64,000 bases of DNA, from assembly GCA_934167695.1 (NCBI GenBank), contig CAKPLP010000007.1, forward strand, positions 658-64,657, given 5' to 3'. Made by a program: the position numbers and the translations under genes. Of the stretch, positions 27,557 through 38,005 are shown one piece after another (positions within the stretch are counted from its first letter, which is position 1; the number at the start of each line of letters is the position of its first letter). This stretch comes from an uncultured Bacilli bacterium (lineage in GTDB: Bacteria; Bacillota_I; Bacilli_A; RF39; UBA660). The notes under the pieces were generated by a model. That model was not told where the DNA came from and ran no database searches. It saw only the letters and a list, made by a program, of their open reading frames with translations.

Positions 27557-27614
27557 ATAGTTCTTAGACTTCTTTTTTTCTTTGAAAAACATACATTTAA
27601 TTAGGAGGAGTAAT

Positions 27615-28703
27615 ATGCGTATAATAATTAGTGCCGGGGGAACAGGAGGTCATATTTATCCAGCCTTAGCAATAATAAATAAAATAAAGGACATGGAACC
27701 AGATAGTGAAATACTATATATTGGAACAACAGATAGAATGGAAAATAAAATAATACCAGAGAAAAACATTCCATATTTAGGTATTGAAATGCAAGGTTTA
27801 AATAGAAAAAATATTCTAAAAAATATAACCGTATTAAAAAAATATCTAAAAGCTATAAAAAAAGTAAAAAAAGAAATAAAAAAATTTAATCCTGATGTAG
27901 TAATAGGAGTAGGTGGATATGTTAGTGCCCCTGTAATAAAAGCTGCTCATTCACTTGGATACAAAACAATTATACATGAACAAAATTCATATCCGGGAGT
28001 TTCCAATCAAACACTTTCAAAAATCGTAGATAAAGTCCTAGTTTCTCTACCAGATAGTATCAATTATTTTCCAAAGGAAAAAACAGTTTATACAGGAAAC
28101 CCTAGAAGTGAAGAAATAACATTAATAAAAGCAGTTCCAAAGAGCCAATTTGGTTTTTCAAACTCGAAAAAATTAGTAGTAATAGTTATGGGATCATTAG
28201 GTTCTGCTACTATGAATGAAAAAGAATTAGAACTAGTAAAAGAATTTAAAAATAAAGACTATGAAGTACTATTAATAACAGGAGAAAAATACTTTAACGA
28301 TTACAAAAATATTGATATTCCAAAAAATGTAAAAGTAGTACCTTTTTTATCTGAATTGATTAATCTATTAAAAAATACTGATTTAATAGTATCACGTGCT
28401 GGAGCATCAACAATCGCTGAAATAACAGCAATAGGATTACCTTCTATCCTAGTACCATCTCCATATGTAACTAATAATCATCAACTAAAAAATGCCAAAG
28501 AACTAGAAAAAAATGAAGCTTGTTATATTATAGAAGAAAAAGATTTTAGTAAAGATACTTTAATCCCATTAATAGATAAAATTTTAAATGATAAAACACT
28601 TTATCAAAATATGAAAAATAAAACTAAAAAATTAGGAGTTACAGATAGTGCTACTAGGGTGTATAATGAAATAAAGAAAGTCGTAGAGGTTGATGAAACA
28701 TGA
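27615..28703 (+). CDS. murG: UDP-N-acetylglucosamine--N-acetylmuramyl-(pentapeptide) pyrophosphoryl-undecaprenol GlcNAc transferase
   Basis: MRIIISAGGTGGHIYPA N-terminus, SD aggagg 6 nt upstream, and the C-terminal SRAGASTIAE motif. Confidence 0.9.
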   Translation: MRIIISAGGTGGHIYPALAIINKIKDMEPDSEILYIGTTDRMENKIIPEKNIPYLGIEMQGLNRKNILKNITVLKKYLKAIKKVKKEIKKFNPDVVIGVGGYVSAPVIKAAHSLGYKTIIHEQNSYPGVSNQTLSKIVDKVLVSLPDSINYFPKEKTVYTGNPRSEEITLIKAVPKSQFGFSNSKKLVVIVMGSLGSATMNEKELELVKEFKNKDYEVLLITGEKYFNDYKNIDIPKNVKVVPFLSELINLLKNTDLIVSRAGASTIAEITAIGLPSILVPSPYVTNNHQLKNAKELEKNEACYIIEEKDFSKDTLIPLIDKILNDKTLYQNMKNKTKKLGVTDSATRVYNEIKKVVEVDET

Positions 28704-29608
28704 CAGAGTTTTTGCAAGAAGTAGAAAAAGCAAACATTGGAAAAATTGAAGAGAATGTTCCTTTAAAAAATTATACTACATATAAAGTTGGTGGTAATGC
28801 AAGATGTATTATTTATCCTAAAAGTACTAAAGAATTAGTAAAGTTAGTTAAACTAATAAAAAAGTATAATTTAAAATATAAAATATTAGGAAATGGTTCA
28901 AATCTTTTATTTAGTGATAATGATTACAATAATGTATTAATAAAATTAAATGAATTATCAAATATTGAAATTATAGATAATAAAATTACCGTAGGAGCAG
29001 GTTTTTCTTTAATGAGATTAGCAGCAATAGCTACTAGACATTCACTAACAGGGTTAGAATTTGCTGCAGGAATACCGGGGACAATAGGTGGCGCAATTTT
29101 TATGAATGCTGGTGCCTATAAAAGTGATATGGGCTATATTGTTTCAAGTGTAAAAGTATTAACACCAGATTTGAAAATAATTACACTAACTAATAATGAA
29201 TTGAATTTTCATTATAGAACATCATTTCTACAACAAAATAGTAATTATATATGTTTAGAGGCTATAATAAAATTAAAACACGGTAAAAAATCAGAAATAG
29301 AAAAGGTAATTAAAGACCGTAAGGCAAGAAGAATATCATCACAACCACTAGAATATCCGTCAGCAGGATCTGTTTTCAGAAACCCATCATCTGAATTACC
29401 ATCTGGAAAAATAATAGAAGATTTAGGATTAAAGGGGCTAAAAAAAGGTGGAGCTCAAATAAGTACTAAACATGCTAATTTTATAATTAATACAGGAAAT
29501 GCAACAGCCAAAGATATTAAAGAACTAATAGAATTTGTAAAGAAAAGTGTGAAAGAACACTATGATATAGATCTAAAAGTAGAACAAGAATTTGTAAATT
29601 GGGAGTAA
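28700..29608 (+). CDS. murB: UDP-N-acetylenolpyruvoylglucosamine reductase
   Basis: YTTYKVGG, GNGSNLL and AGSVFRNP motifs. Overlaps murG by 4 nt. Confidence 0.9.
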   Translation: MTEFLQEVEKANIGKIEENVPLKNYTTYKVGGNARCIIYPKSTKELVKLVKLIKKYNLKYKILGNGSNLLFSDNDYNNVLIKLNELSNIEIIDNKITVGAGFSLMRLAAIATRHSLTGLEFAAGIPGTIGGAIFMNAGAYKSDMGYIVSSVKVLTPDLKIITLTNNELNFHYRTSFLQQNSNYICLEAIIKLKHGKKSEIEKVIKDRKARRISSQPLEYPSAGSVFRNPSSELPSGKIIEDLGLKGLKKGGAQISTKHANFIINTGNATAKDIKELIEFVKKSVKEHYDIDLKVEQEFVNWE

Positions 29609-29612
29609 TATT

Positions 29613-30290
29613 ATGGCAAAAAAAATAGTAAAAAAGAAAAAATTAAAAGTTTTACATTTTTTACTATTACTATTGATATTAATAGTAATAGTTTTTGCCA
29701 TTTACTTAATATTAAATACGAAAATTAAAAATATTATAATAACAGGAAATAACTATATAAAAGATGAGCAAATTTTAACTGAAGCAAAATTAACAAATTA
29801 TCCACCATTCTTTCTAACATTATCAAGTAAAATTAAAACAGATTTACAAAAAAATCCCGCTATAAAAGAAGTAAAAGTAAGAAAAAAATTCTTTAATGTT
29901 TTGGAAATAAACTTAAAAGAGTATAAAGTAGTATTAAAAAAATCTGAAAATAAATATATATTGGAAAATATAAAAGAATTAACATATGATGGAGAAATAT
30001 CAGTGCCAAGATTAACAAACGATGTACCAAACAATAAATACAAAGAATTAATAGAAAATATGGCTAATATAAAAAGTAATATTTTAGAGGAAATGTCAGA
30101 AATTAAATATGTTCCAAATGAATATGATAAAGATCGTTTTTTAATATATATGGATGATGGAAATAGCGTATATCTAACACTAACAAAATTTGAAATGATA
30201 AACTACTATAATAGAGTTTTACCACAACTAGAAAATAGAAAAGGAATACTCTATCTTGATAGCGGTAACCACTTTAAAATAATGGAATAA
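29613..30290 (+). CDS. divIB: Cell division protein DivIB/FtsQ
   Basis: Single TM plus a POTRA-like segment (IKNIIITGNNYIKDEQIL). Positioned between murB and ftsA. Confidence 0.75.
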   Translation: MAKKIVKKKKLKVLHFLLLLLILIVIVFAIYLILNTKIKNIIITGNNYIKDEQILTEAKLTNYPPFFLTLSSKIKTDLQKNPAIKEVKVRKKFFNVLEINLKEYKVVLKKSENKYILENIKELTYDGEISVPRLTNDVPNNKYKELIENMANIKSNILEEMSEIKYVPNEYDKDRFLIYMDDGNSVYLTLTKFEMINYYNRVLPQLENRKGILYLDSGNHFKIME

Positions 30291-30416
30291 TATTTAATTT
30301 ACAATAGGATTAACTGTATCTAATAATCTAATATTTTAATATATAAGTTAAAAAATTAGACTTTTTTTTTGAAGTCTTTTATAGTATAATCAAATTATAA
30401 TGAGAGGAGAATACAA

Positions 30417-31652
30417 ATGGGGAAAATATATACTGGTATTGATATTGGCACTAATAGTATAAAAATAGTAGTTGCTGAAAAAATAAATGACAAATTTAAA
30501 GTGCTGGCTGCAGAAGAAGTTAAATCAGAAGGTATCAAAAGAAGTGTTATAACAGATATAAAAAAAGTAGCAACATCAGTTTCTAAAGCAATTCAAGAAA
30601 TAGAAAAAATACTAGGTATAAAATTAAAAAAAATAGTAGTATGTATTCCATCTCAAGATAGTCTTTTTGATATAGTAAGCTCTAAAATAAACGTTCAAAA
30701 TGAATTATGTATAACAGGAGAAGACATTAATAATTTATTAAAGGATGCAATAGGGGAAAAAATAAAAACAGGATATGAACTTGTAAGTGCAATGCCTATA
30801 AATTTTAAATTAGATGATAATAAATTAGTAAAAGATCCTAAAGGCTTATCCTCAAAAACAATAGAGGCTAGAATAGTAATAACAGAAGTCCCAAGAAAAA
30901 ATTTATATAATTTATTAAATGTTTTAGAAATTTGTGGATTAGAAGTAATAGATATAACTTTAAAAACCATAGCTGACTACTTTGAAGTTAAAAATAAAAG
31001 ATTAGATAGTGAAGTAGGGGCAATAATAAATATTGGAGAAGATACAACTAACGTATCAATATATAATAAAGGAATAATGATAAAAAATAGTATTATAAAC
31101 GTTGGTAGTTATTATGTTGATCATGACTTTACGTATATCTATAAAATAGATTTAGCACAATCTAGAAAATTAAAGGAAACTTTTGCACTAGCATCAACTA
31201 GATATGCTGATAAATATGACGATATTACAGTTGATAATGAAGTTGGAGAAAAACAAACAATTAATCAGCTAGAGATAACTCAAATAGCAGAGGCTAGAAT
31301 TGCAGAAATACTAAAAATAGCGAAAAAAGAAATAAAAACCTTAACAAATAGGCAAATTAGTTATATAATCATATTAGGTGGGCTAAGCGAAATGACAGGA
31401 TTTCAGTATATAGCTGAAAATATCTTAGGTGAAAAAGCAACTGTATGGAATAGCACCACTATAGGTATTAGACACAATAAATATACCAGTGCTCTAGGTA
31501 TTATAAAATATTTTGATGATAAATTAACATTACGTGATAGAAATATTGAGATGTTTGATACCGAAGATATTAATAAGCTAATTTCTATAAATAAAAAAGA
31601 AAAAGATAATGCTATCATAAACAAAATGTTTGGGCAATTTCTTGGTAATTAA
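30417..31652 (+). CDS. ftsA: Cell division protein FtsA
   Basis: Actin-like N-terminus [18 protein letters not shown]. 411 aa, immediately upstream of ftsZ. Confidence 0.9.
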   Translation: MGKIYTGIDIGTNSIKIVVAEKINDKFKVLAAEEVKSEGIKRSVITDIKKVATSVSKAIQEIEKILGIKLKKIVVCIPSQDSLFDIVSSKINVQNELCITGEDINNLLKDAIGEKIKTGYELVSAMPINFKLDDNKLVKDPKGLSSKTIEARIVITEVPRKNLYNLLNVLEICGLEVIDITLKTIADYFEVKNKRLDSEVGAIINIGEDTTNVSIYNKGIMIKNSIINVGSYYVDHDFTYIYKIDLAQSRKLKETFALASTRYADKYDDITVDNEVGEKQTINQLEITQIAEARIAEILKIAKKEIKTLTNRQISYIIILGGLSEMTGFQYIAENILGEKATVWNSTTIGIRHNKYTSALGIIKYFDDKLTLRDRNIEMFDTEDINKLISINKKEKDNAIINKMFGQFLGN

Positions 31653-31664
31653 GGAGGATAAGGT

Positions 31665-32810
31665 ATGTTAGGCGGATTAGAAATGGACCAATTAGCAAAA
31701 ATAAAAGTTATAGGTTTAGGTGGCGGCGGAGGAAATGCTGTCAATAGAATGGTTGAATCTGGAGTAAAAGGTGTAGAATTTATTGTTGCTAATACTGATC
31801 TACAGGTATTAAATAATTCTAAAGCTGATGTTAAAATCCAAATTGGTGCTAGTTTAACTGATGGATTAGGTGCAGGAGCAAAACCAGAAATAGGTAAAGA
31901 GGCTGCTGTAGAATCAAAAAAAGAATTAGAAGATGCTCTAACAGGAGCAGATATGGTTTTTATCACTTGTGGAATGGGTGGAGGAACAGGAACAGGTGCT
32001 GCTCCTGTTGTTGCTGAAATAGCTCAAGCACTAGGAACTTTAACCGTAGCAATCGTTACAAAACCATTCTCATTTGAAGGTAGAAGAAGAATGGAAAATG
32101 CTTTAAAAGGTATTGAAGAGTTAAGAAAACACGTTGATACTTTAATTGTAATTCCAAATGATAAATTAAGAGAAATAATTGATAAATCAACACCAATGCT
32201 AGAAGCATTCAAAGAAGTTGATAATGTTCTACGTCGAGGAGTTCAATCAATTTCAGATTTAATCGCTGTAGTAGGACTTGTAAACCTAGACTTTGCAGAT
32301 ATTAAATCGATTATGAAAGATTCAGGAAATGCTGTTATTGGTATTGGTATTGGTATGGGAGAAGATAGAGCACTAGAGGCAGCAAAAGAAGCCGTATCTA
32401 GTCCATTGCTAGAAAATAGTATAGATGGAGCAACAGATGCCATTATTAATATCACCGGAGGAGTTAACCTAACATTATTCGAGGCAGAACAAGCTGCAGA
32501 AGTTGTTAGAGCAGCTTCAAAAACTGATATTGATACAATATTTGGTGCAGTTATTAATGAAAACTTAACAGATGAGGTAATCGTAACAGTAATTGCAACT
32601 GGTTTTGATAAAAGAGCAAAACAAAAAATAGCGGAAATGGAACAAACAAGAAAATCACAAGAAATATTACAATCACAAGTAGAAAATGTATTGCCACGTA
32701 GAAGAAGTGAAGAAATAAAACGTGAAATACCAATTAATCAAAATACAACAACAGACGACGATGATGATGGATTTGAGTTACCACCATTCTTACAAAATAA
32801 AATTTTCTAA
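31665..32810 (+). CDS. ftsZ: Cell division protein FtsZ
   Basis: [13 protein letters not shown] and [12 protein letters not shown] tubulin signature. C-terminal [10 protein letters not shown] peptide. Confidence 0.95.
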   Translation: MLGGLEMDQLAKIKVIGLGGGGGNAVNRMVESGVKGVEFIVANTDLQVLNNSKADVKIQIGASLTDGLGAGAKPEIGKEAAVESKKELEDALTGADMVFITCGMGGGTGTGAAPVVAEIAQALGTLTVAIVTKPFSFEGRRRMENALKGIEELRKHVDTLIVIPNDKLREIIDKSTPMLEAFKEVDNVLRRGVQSISDLIAVVGLVNLDFADIKSIMKDSGNAVIGIGIGMGEDRALEAAKEAVSSPLLENSIDGATDAIINITGGVNLTLFEAEQAAEVVRAASKTDIDTIFGAVINENLTDEVIVTVIATGFDKRAKQKIAEMEQTRKSQEILQSQVENVLPRRRSEEIKREIPINQNTTTDDDDDGFELPPFLQNKIF

Positions 32811-32832
32811 TATATTATAAATTAATTAATGT

Positions 32833-32859
32833 AAAGCAAATGACTAATTTGCTTTTTTT
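32833..32859 (+). terminator. Rho-independent terminator
   Basis: AAAGCAAA-tgactaa-TTTGCTTT plus a T run. Confidence 0.65.
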
Positions 32860-32916
32860 ATTTAAATAAAATATTAATACGTGATATAATCTAACTATAG
32901 TGAGGTGTCTTAAATA

Positions 32917-35220
32917 ATGGCAAAACAAAAGAAAAAGAAGGTTACAAAAAAAGAATTTGAACATAGTGCCGAATTATATGGTATTTTGTGTATTTTAATA
33001 TCTATACTTGGTATTGGAGAATATGGCCCAGTAGGCAGAGTTATTGCATCATTTGCTCTATTTCTAGTAGGAAGCTTATACATGGTATTATTAGCCGTTT
33101 TATTCTTAATTGGAGCATACCTAATTGTAAAAAGAGAATACCCAGATTTCTTCACCTCAAAGTTACTGGGAACATATATTGCCGTTTTGGGACTATTAAT
33201 ATTAATGCATAAAGACTTTGTTATTCAAAATGATGGAAATATGATTGCCATATTTAAAGAAACAATTAATCAGTTAGTTGCAGGATTTAATAGTATCATG
33301 AATAAAGGTAGTCTAAGTGATGTGTTCTCTGTTGGAGGAGGAGTAATAGGTGGAGTCTTTGCTATTATCTTTGATAAATTATTTTCATGTACTGGAATGG
33401 AGATAGTTGCATGGACAATGGTTGTATTAGGAATATTACTATTTACAGGATTCTCTATTTTAGACTTCGTTCAAGAAAAATATGCTGAAGAAAGAAAACA
33501 TCATATAGAAAGAAAAGAAGAAAGAAAACAAGAAAAATTACAAAAGAAAAAAGATCTAGAAGAAAAATCATCACCTGTTATTATAAGTGATGGAAATGAA
33601 GAAGAAGAAATTAAGGATAATAAAAAGGTTATAAGTAGTATTTCAGAATTAACAAATCAGCCTGCAAAAGAAGTGGAAGAAGAAAAAAATCCAGAACAAT
33701 CTTCCCAAGTGGTCACAGTAACTCCTTCTATTCAAAAAAACAAAACTTATATTTTACCACCACTTGACTTACTAGATAAACCAAAGAAAAAAAATAAATC
33801 GACTGACAACAGTGTTATTGAAAAAAATATTACAACATTAGAACAAGTATTAAAAGACTTTAAAATTAATGGTAAAGTAGTAGAAGTACACGTTGGTCCA
33901 ACAGTAGTACAATATGAACTTGAAATTGCCAGTGGAACAAGAGTAAATAAAATTACAAGTATAAACAGAGAAATATCTTTAGCACTGGCTAAAAAAGATG
34001 TTCGTATAGAAGCACCTATTCCGGGCAAAAATACTGTTGGAATAGAATTTGCAAACGACACACCATCACCAGTAAGTTTTTATGAAATAATAAGCAGTAA
34101 ACAAATGTTAAATGCTATGGATAAAAAATTAATGGTACCACTTGGAAAAAGTATTATGGGTGACATAGGTGTTTGTGAAATAAATAAAATGCCCCATTTA
34201 CTAATCGCAGGAACAACAGGATCTGGTAAATCTGTATGTGTAAATGGAATAATTTGTTCAATTTTAATGAGAGCCAAACCAGATGAAGTAAAGCTTGTTA
34301 TGGTTGATCCTAAAGTTGTAGAGCTTTCAGTTTATAATGGAGTACCTCATTTATTAAGACCAGTTGTAACTGATCCAAAACAAGCATCAATCGCTCTTGC
34401 TAAAATGGTTGCAGAAATGGAGAGAAGATATCAAGTATTTAGTGAATCTCAAACAAAAAATATTGAAGGCTATAATTCGTATATAGAAAAACAGAATCAA
34501 TCAATTCTTGATCCTGATGCCAAAAAAGAAAAAATGCCATATATTGTAATTATAATAGATGAGTTAGCAGACTTAATGATGGTTGCAGCAAAAGAAGTAG
34601 AAGATTCTATTTTAAGAATAACTCAAAAGGCCCGTGCTGCAGGTATGCATTTAATAGTTGCAACTCAAAGACCATCTACAGAAGTAATTACAGGGTTAAT
34701 AAAAGCAAACATTCCATCAAGAATAGCCTTTTCCGTAGGTTCAGGAATCGATTCCAGAACGATACTTGATCAAACAGGAGCAGAAAACTTATTAGGTAAA
34801 GGAGATATGTTATTCTTACCAATAGGAATGAATTCACCACTTCGTATTCAAGGTTCATTTATAACAGATGATGAAATAAAAAGAATAATTGATTATACAG
34901 TATCACAACAAAAAGCACAATATGATGACAATATGATGAATTTAGATATACCAAGTAATAGTAAAAGTCAATCTCAAATAGAAGATATGAATCAACAAGA
35001 AGAATATGACGATCCATTATACAATGAAATTGTAGACTTTGTTGTAACAAGTGGCAAAGCCAGCGCTTCACTATTACAAAGAAGATTTAAATTAGGTTAT
35101 AATAGAGCAGCTCGTATTGTTGATTTATTAGAAGAAAGAGGAATAATTGGACCACCTAATGGATCTAAACCAAGAGAAGTTTTAGTAAAATTAGAATCCC
35201 AAGAAGAAAAATCAGAATAA
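32917..35220 (+). CDS. ftsK: DNA translocase FtsK/SpoIIIE
   Basis: 4 N-terminal TMs and a K/E-rich linker. Walker A GTTGSGKSV, Walker B IVIIIDELADL, and a C-terminal gamma domain LLQRRFKLGYNRAARIVDLLEERGIIGP. Confidence 0.9.
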   Translation: MAKQKKKKVTKKEFEHSAELYGILCILISILGIGEYGPVGRVIASFALFLVGSLYMVLLAVLFLIGAYLIVKREYPDFFTSKLLGTYIAVLGLLILMHKDFVIQNDGNMIAIFKETINQLVAGFNSIMNKGSLSDVFSVGGGVIGGVFAIIFDKLFSCTGMEIVAWTMVVLGILLFTGFSILDFVQEKYAEERKHHIERKEERKQEKLQKKKDLEEKSSPVIISDGNEEEEIKDNKKVISSISELTNQPAKEVEEEKNPEQSSQVVTVTPSIQKNKTYILPPLDLLDKPKKKNKSTDNSVIEKNITTLEQVLKDFKINGKVVEVHVGPTVVQYELEIASGTRVNKITSINREISLALAKKDVRIEAPIPGKNTVGIEFANDTPSPVSFYEIISSKQMLNAMDKKLMVPLGKSIMGDIGVCEINKMPHLLIAGTTGSGKSVCVNGIICSILMRAKPDEVKLVMVDPKVVELSVYNGVPHLLRPVVTDPKQASIALAKMVAEMERRYQVFSESQTKNIEGYNSYIEKQNQSILDPDAKKEKMPYIVIIIDELADLMMVAAKEVEDSILRITQKARAAGMHLIVATQRPSTEVITGLIKANIPSRIAFSVGSGIDSRTILDQTGAENLLGKGDMLFLPIGMNSPLRIQGSFITDDEIKRIIDYTVSQQKAQYDDNMMNLDIPSNSKSQSQIEDMNQQEEYDDPLYNEIVDFVVTSGKASASLLQRRFKLGYNRAARIVDLLEERGIIGPPNGSKPREVLVKLESQEEKSE

Positions 35221-35225
35221 ATAAT

Positions 35226-35252
35226 AGAGTAAGTAATTTACTCTTTATTTTT
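35226..35252 (+). terminator. Rho-independent terminator
   Basis: AGAGTAA-gtaat-TTACTCT followed by ttattttt. Confidence 0.55.
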
Positions 35253-35365
35253 GTAAAAAAGTTTATTATATTGCTATAGTTTATTAATTAAAATTCTGGT
35301 ATAATAAAATTGAATTTACTATAATATAAATTAAAAATAAGCACATACTAAAACGGAGGGATAAA

Positions 35366-36628
35366 ATGGAATATATAAAAAAGAATTTAGGTTCATATAA
35401 TTTACATTTAATAAAAAATACAAACTTCAAATCCATAATGGTAAAAGTGTATTTTAGAGAACCAATAAAAAAAGAAAATATTACAATTCATAATTTTTTA
35501 ACTACAATGCTTACTTTTTCATCAAAAAAGTATCCAACAAGAAGAGAATTAATATTAAAAACTCAAGACTTATATTCTTGTAGTCTATCAAGCAGTGATT
35601 CAAGATTAGGAAATTATATTAATACAAGTTTTAAATTAACAGTTTTAAAAGATGAATATACCGAAGAAAATAACCTAGAAAAGGCCATAGAATTTTTAAG
35701 TGAAATAATTTATAATCCAAATGTTACAGATAATAAATTCGACGAAGCATCATTTAATATAGTTATGAATCAAGGCTGTCTTGCTCTAAGTAGTATTAAG
35801 GAAAATCCATCAAGCTACAGTATTATCCGCATGTTGGAAAATATGGATAGTAATTCACCAATCTCATATAGATCATTTGGATACTTAGAAGATTTAAAAG
35901 ATATAAATAGTTCTAATCTATATACATACTACAAACAAATGATAAAAGAAGATGACATGGATATTTTCGTAATAGGAGATATAGATTTTGAACAAATGGA
36001 TTTAATTATTAGAAAATACTTTAAGCAAAAAACATTTAAAAAGGTAAAAGGTAATTATCTAATACCAGCAAAAAAAGCTCCATTAAAAAAGAGAATAATA
36101 ACAGAAGAAAATGAAAGTAATCAATCAAAATTAGCCATAGGATGTAGAACATACAATTTAACTGATTACGAAAGAAATTATCCTTTAACACTATATAATA
36201 TCATTTTAGGAGGAGGAGCAGACTCTAAATTATTTACAGAAGTAAGAGAGAAAAATTCATTATGCTATTATATCGGTTCAACAGCAAATAAATTAGATAA
36301 TATCCTCTTAATAAGAGCAGGAATATCAAATACAAATTTTAAGCAATCAATAAAACTAATTGAAAAACAAATGAATGAAATAGCTAAAGGTAATTTTACT
36401 GAGGAAGATATAGAAAATGCTAAGGAATTATATCAAACTGCAATAGATGAAATAGAAGGTAGCGAATCAGAAATTATCGCATCTTATTATATGATAGAAT
36501 TATTAGGCGTTGACACTATAGAAACAAAAGCCAAAAAAATGAAAGAGGTAACTAAAAAAGAAATTATTAAGGTAGCAAAAAAAGTTAAAATAGATACAGT
36601 ATATATGTTAGAGGGGGTATTAAAATAA
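35366..36628 (+). CDS. M16-family peptidase-like protein, non-catalytic subunit type
   Basis: Pitrilysin-family length and layout, but no HxxEH zinc motif in the N-terminal region. Confidence 0.65.
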   Translation: MEYIKKNLGSYNLHLIKNTNFKSIMVKVYFREPIKKENITIHNFLTTMLTFSSKKYPTRRELILKTQDLYSCSLSSSDSRLGNYINTSFKLTVLKDEYTEENNLEKAIEFLSEIIYNPNVTDNKFDEASFNIVMNQGCLALSSIKENPSSYSIIRMLENMDSNSPISYRSFGYLEDLKDINSSNLYTYYKQMIKEDDMDIFVIGDIDFEQMDLIIRKYFKQKTFKKVKGNYLIPAKKAPLKKRIITEENESNQSKLAIGCRTYNLTDYERNYPLTLYNIILGGGADSKLFTEVREKNSLCYYIGSTANKLDNILLIRAGISNTNFKQSIKLIEKQMNEIAKGNFTEEDIENAKELYQTAIDEIEGSESEIIASYYMIELLGVDTIETKAKKMKEVTKKEIIKVAKKVKIDTVYMLEGVLK

Positions 36629-37929
36629 TGAAAAAAATTAACTTCTCAAAAGAATTAGAATTAGAAGGATATTACGAAAAATTAGAAAATGGCTTAGAAG
36701 TATATTTAATTCCAATGGAAAAAAAAGATAAATATTTCTTAACCTATGCAACAAGATTTGGCTCAACTACAACTACTTTTACCCCGGGCGACTCTAAAAA
36801 AGAAGTAACAGTTCCAGATGGAATAGCACATTTTCTAGAGCATAAAATGTTTGAACAAAAAGATGGAATAGATCCTTTTACCTTTTTCTCAAAAAGCGGT
36901 ACAGATGCTAATGCTTCAACTAATTACGATGGTACAAGATATATTGCATCAGGAACAAAAAACTTTGAAGAAAATCTTCGTTATTTAATTAATTATGTTA
37001 ATAATCCATATTTTACAGATGAAAATGTCGAAAAAGAAAAACCAATTATTGCTCAAGAAATAAATATGTATAAAGATGAAGCCGAATGTGCAATCGAAAA
37101 TACTCTAAGATTAAATACCTATCACAAAGATAATCATAGAGTAGATATTGCAGGAGAAGTAAAAGATATCGAAAAAATAACAAAAGAAGATTTATATTTA
37201 TGTTATGATAATTTTTATCAACCTCGTAATATGTTTTTATTAGTAGTAGGTAACTTTGATCTTAATACAGCTAAAAAAATAGTAGACGAAGAATTAAGAA
37301 CATTAAAAAATAAAACAGAAACAATTCCAACCGTTAAAGAAATAAAAGAACTACCATCAGTTAGAAAAAAAGAAGAAACTGTACCATTTAATATTTCAAT
37401 TCCAAAAATTATGATATCAATAAAAACTCCAATTAATAATTTTAAAATAGAGGATAAATTAAAACTAAGCTTATACCTATATATTATAAATAACATTAAC
37501 TTTGGAAATGCTTCCTTATTTAAAGAAAAAATGACTAATAATAATTTAATAACTAAATTTTATACAGATTCAGAATATGTCAATAATTATGAAATAATCT
37601 ATTTATATGCAGAAACAACAAAACCAAAAGAATTGTTAAAAGAGATATATCATAAATTAGATGATTTAACAGTAACAGAAGAAGAATTAACAAGATTAAA
37701 AAAGGTTTTAATCGCGCAAGAAATAAAACAAGCTGATTATGTAGATGGCGTAACTGCCAGTATTACTCATGATTTAATAAAATATAATAAGTTAGTAGAA
37801 AATCCAATAGAAATATATAAAAGTTTAAATATAGATGAACTAAATAAAATATTAAAAGGAATAAATTATAAAAATAGAGCAGTAGTAACTTATGTTCCAA
37901 AAAATATGCCAAAATTTCAAGAGAGTTAA
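36628..37929 (+). CDS. M16-family zinc peptidase (pitrilysin-like)
   Basis: Inverted zinc motif HFLEH...E. 1-nt overlap with the previous M16 gene. Confidence 0.75.
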   Translation: MKKINFSKELELEGYYEKLENGLEVYLIPMEKKDKYFLTYATRFGSTTTTFTPGDSKKEVTVPDGIAHFLEHKMFEQKDGIDPFTFFSKSGTDANASTNYDGTRYIASGTKNFEENLRYLINYVNNPYFTDENVEKEKPIIAQEINMYKDEAECAIENTLRLNTYHKDNHRVDIAGEVKDIEKITKEDLYLCYDNFYQPRNMFLLVVGNFDLNTAKKIVDEELRTLKNKTETIPTVKEIKELPSVRKKEETVPFNISIPKIMISIKTPINNFKIEDKLKLSLYLYIINNINFGNASLFKEKMTNNNLITKFYTDSEYVNNYEIIYLYAETTKPKELLKEIYHKLDDLTVTEEELTRLKKVLIAQEIKQADYVDGVTASITHDLIKYNKLVENPIEIYKSLNIDELNKILKGINYKNRAVVTYVPKNMPKFQES

Positions 37930-37937
37930 TTAAAAAA

Positions 37938-37966
37938 AGAACATTTATAGCGATTGTTCTTTTTTA
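37938..37966 (+). terminator. Rho-independent terminator
   Basis: AGAACA-n11-TGTTCT plus TTTTT. Confidence 0.55.
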
Positions 37967-38005
37967 TTATTCATGGTAAACTTATAATAATGAGGTGATC
38001 TAAAA

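Noticed and set aside
27582-27614. N-terminal extensions suggested by the ORF track (murG from TTG 27582; similarly 2408, 5108, 13371, 15411, 26972, 45512, 45546, 49139, 50448, 52069, 54427)
   Set aside because: In each case an internal ATG is preceded at 5-9 nt by a good SD that lies inside the proposed extension. The conserved protein N-terminus starts at that ATG.
31649-31966. 105-aa minus-strand ORF overlapping the start of ftsZ
   Set aside because: It is antisense to the highly conserved ftsZ N-terminus. Its P/A/S-rich product is the mirror of Gly/Ala codons.
32910-33212. 81-aa (-) and 74-aa (+, out of frame) ORFs at the 5' end of ftsK
   Set aside because: They overlap the ftsK TM-coding region, which has a proper SD and an in-frame continuation to the motor domain.
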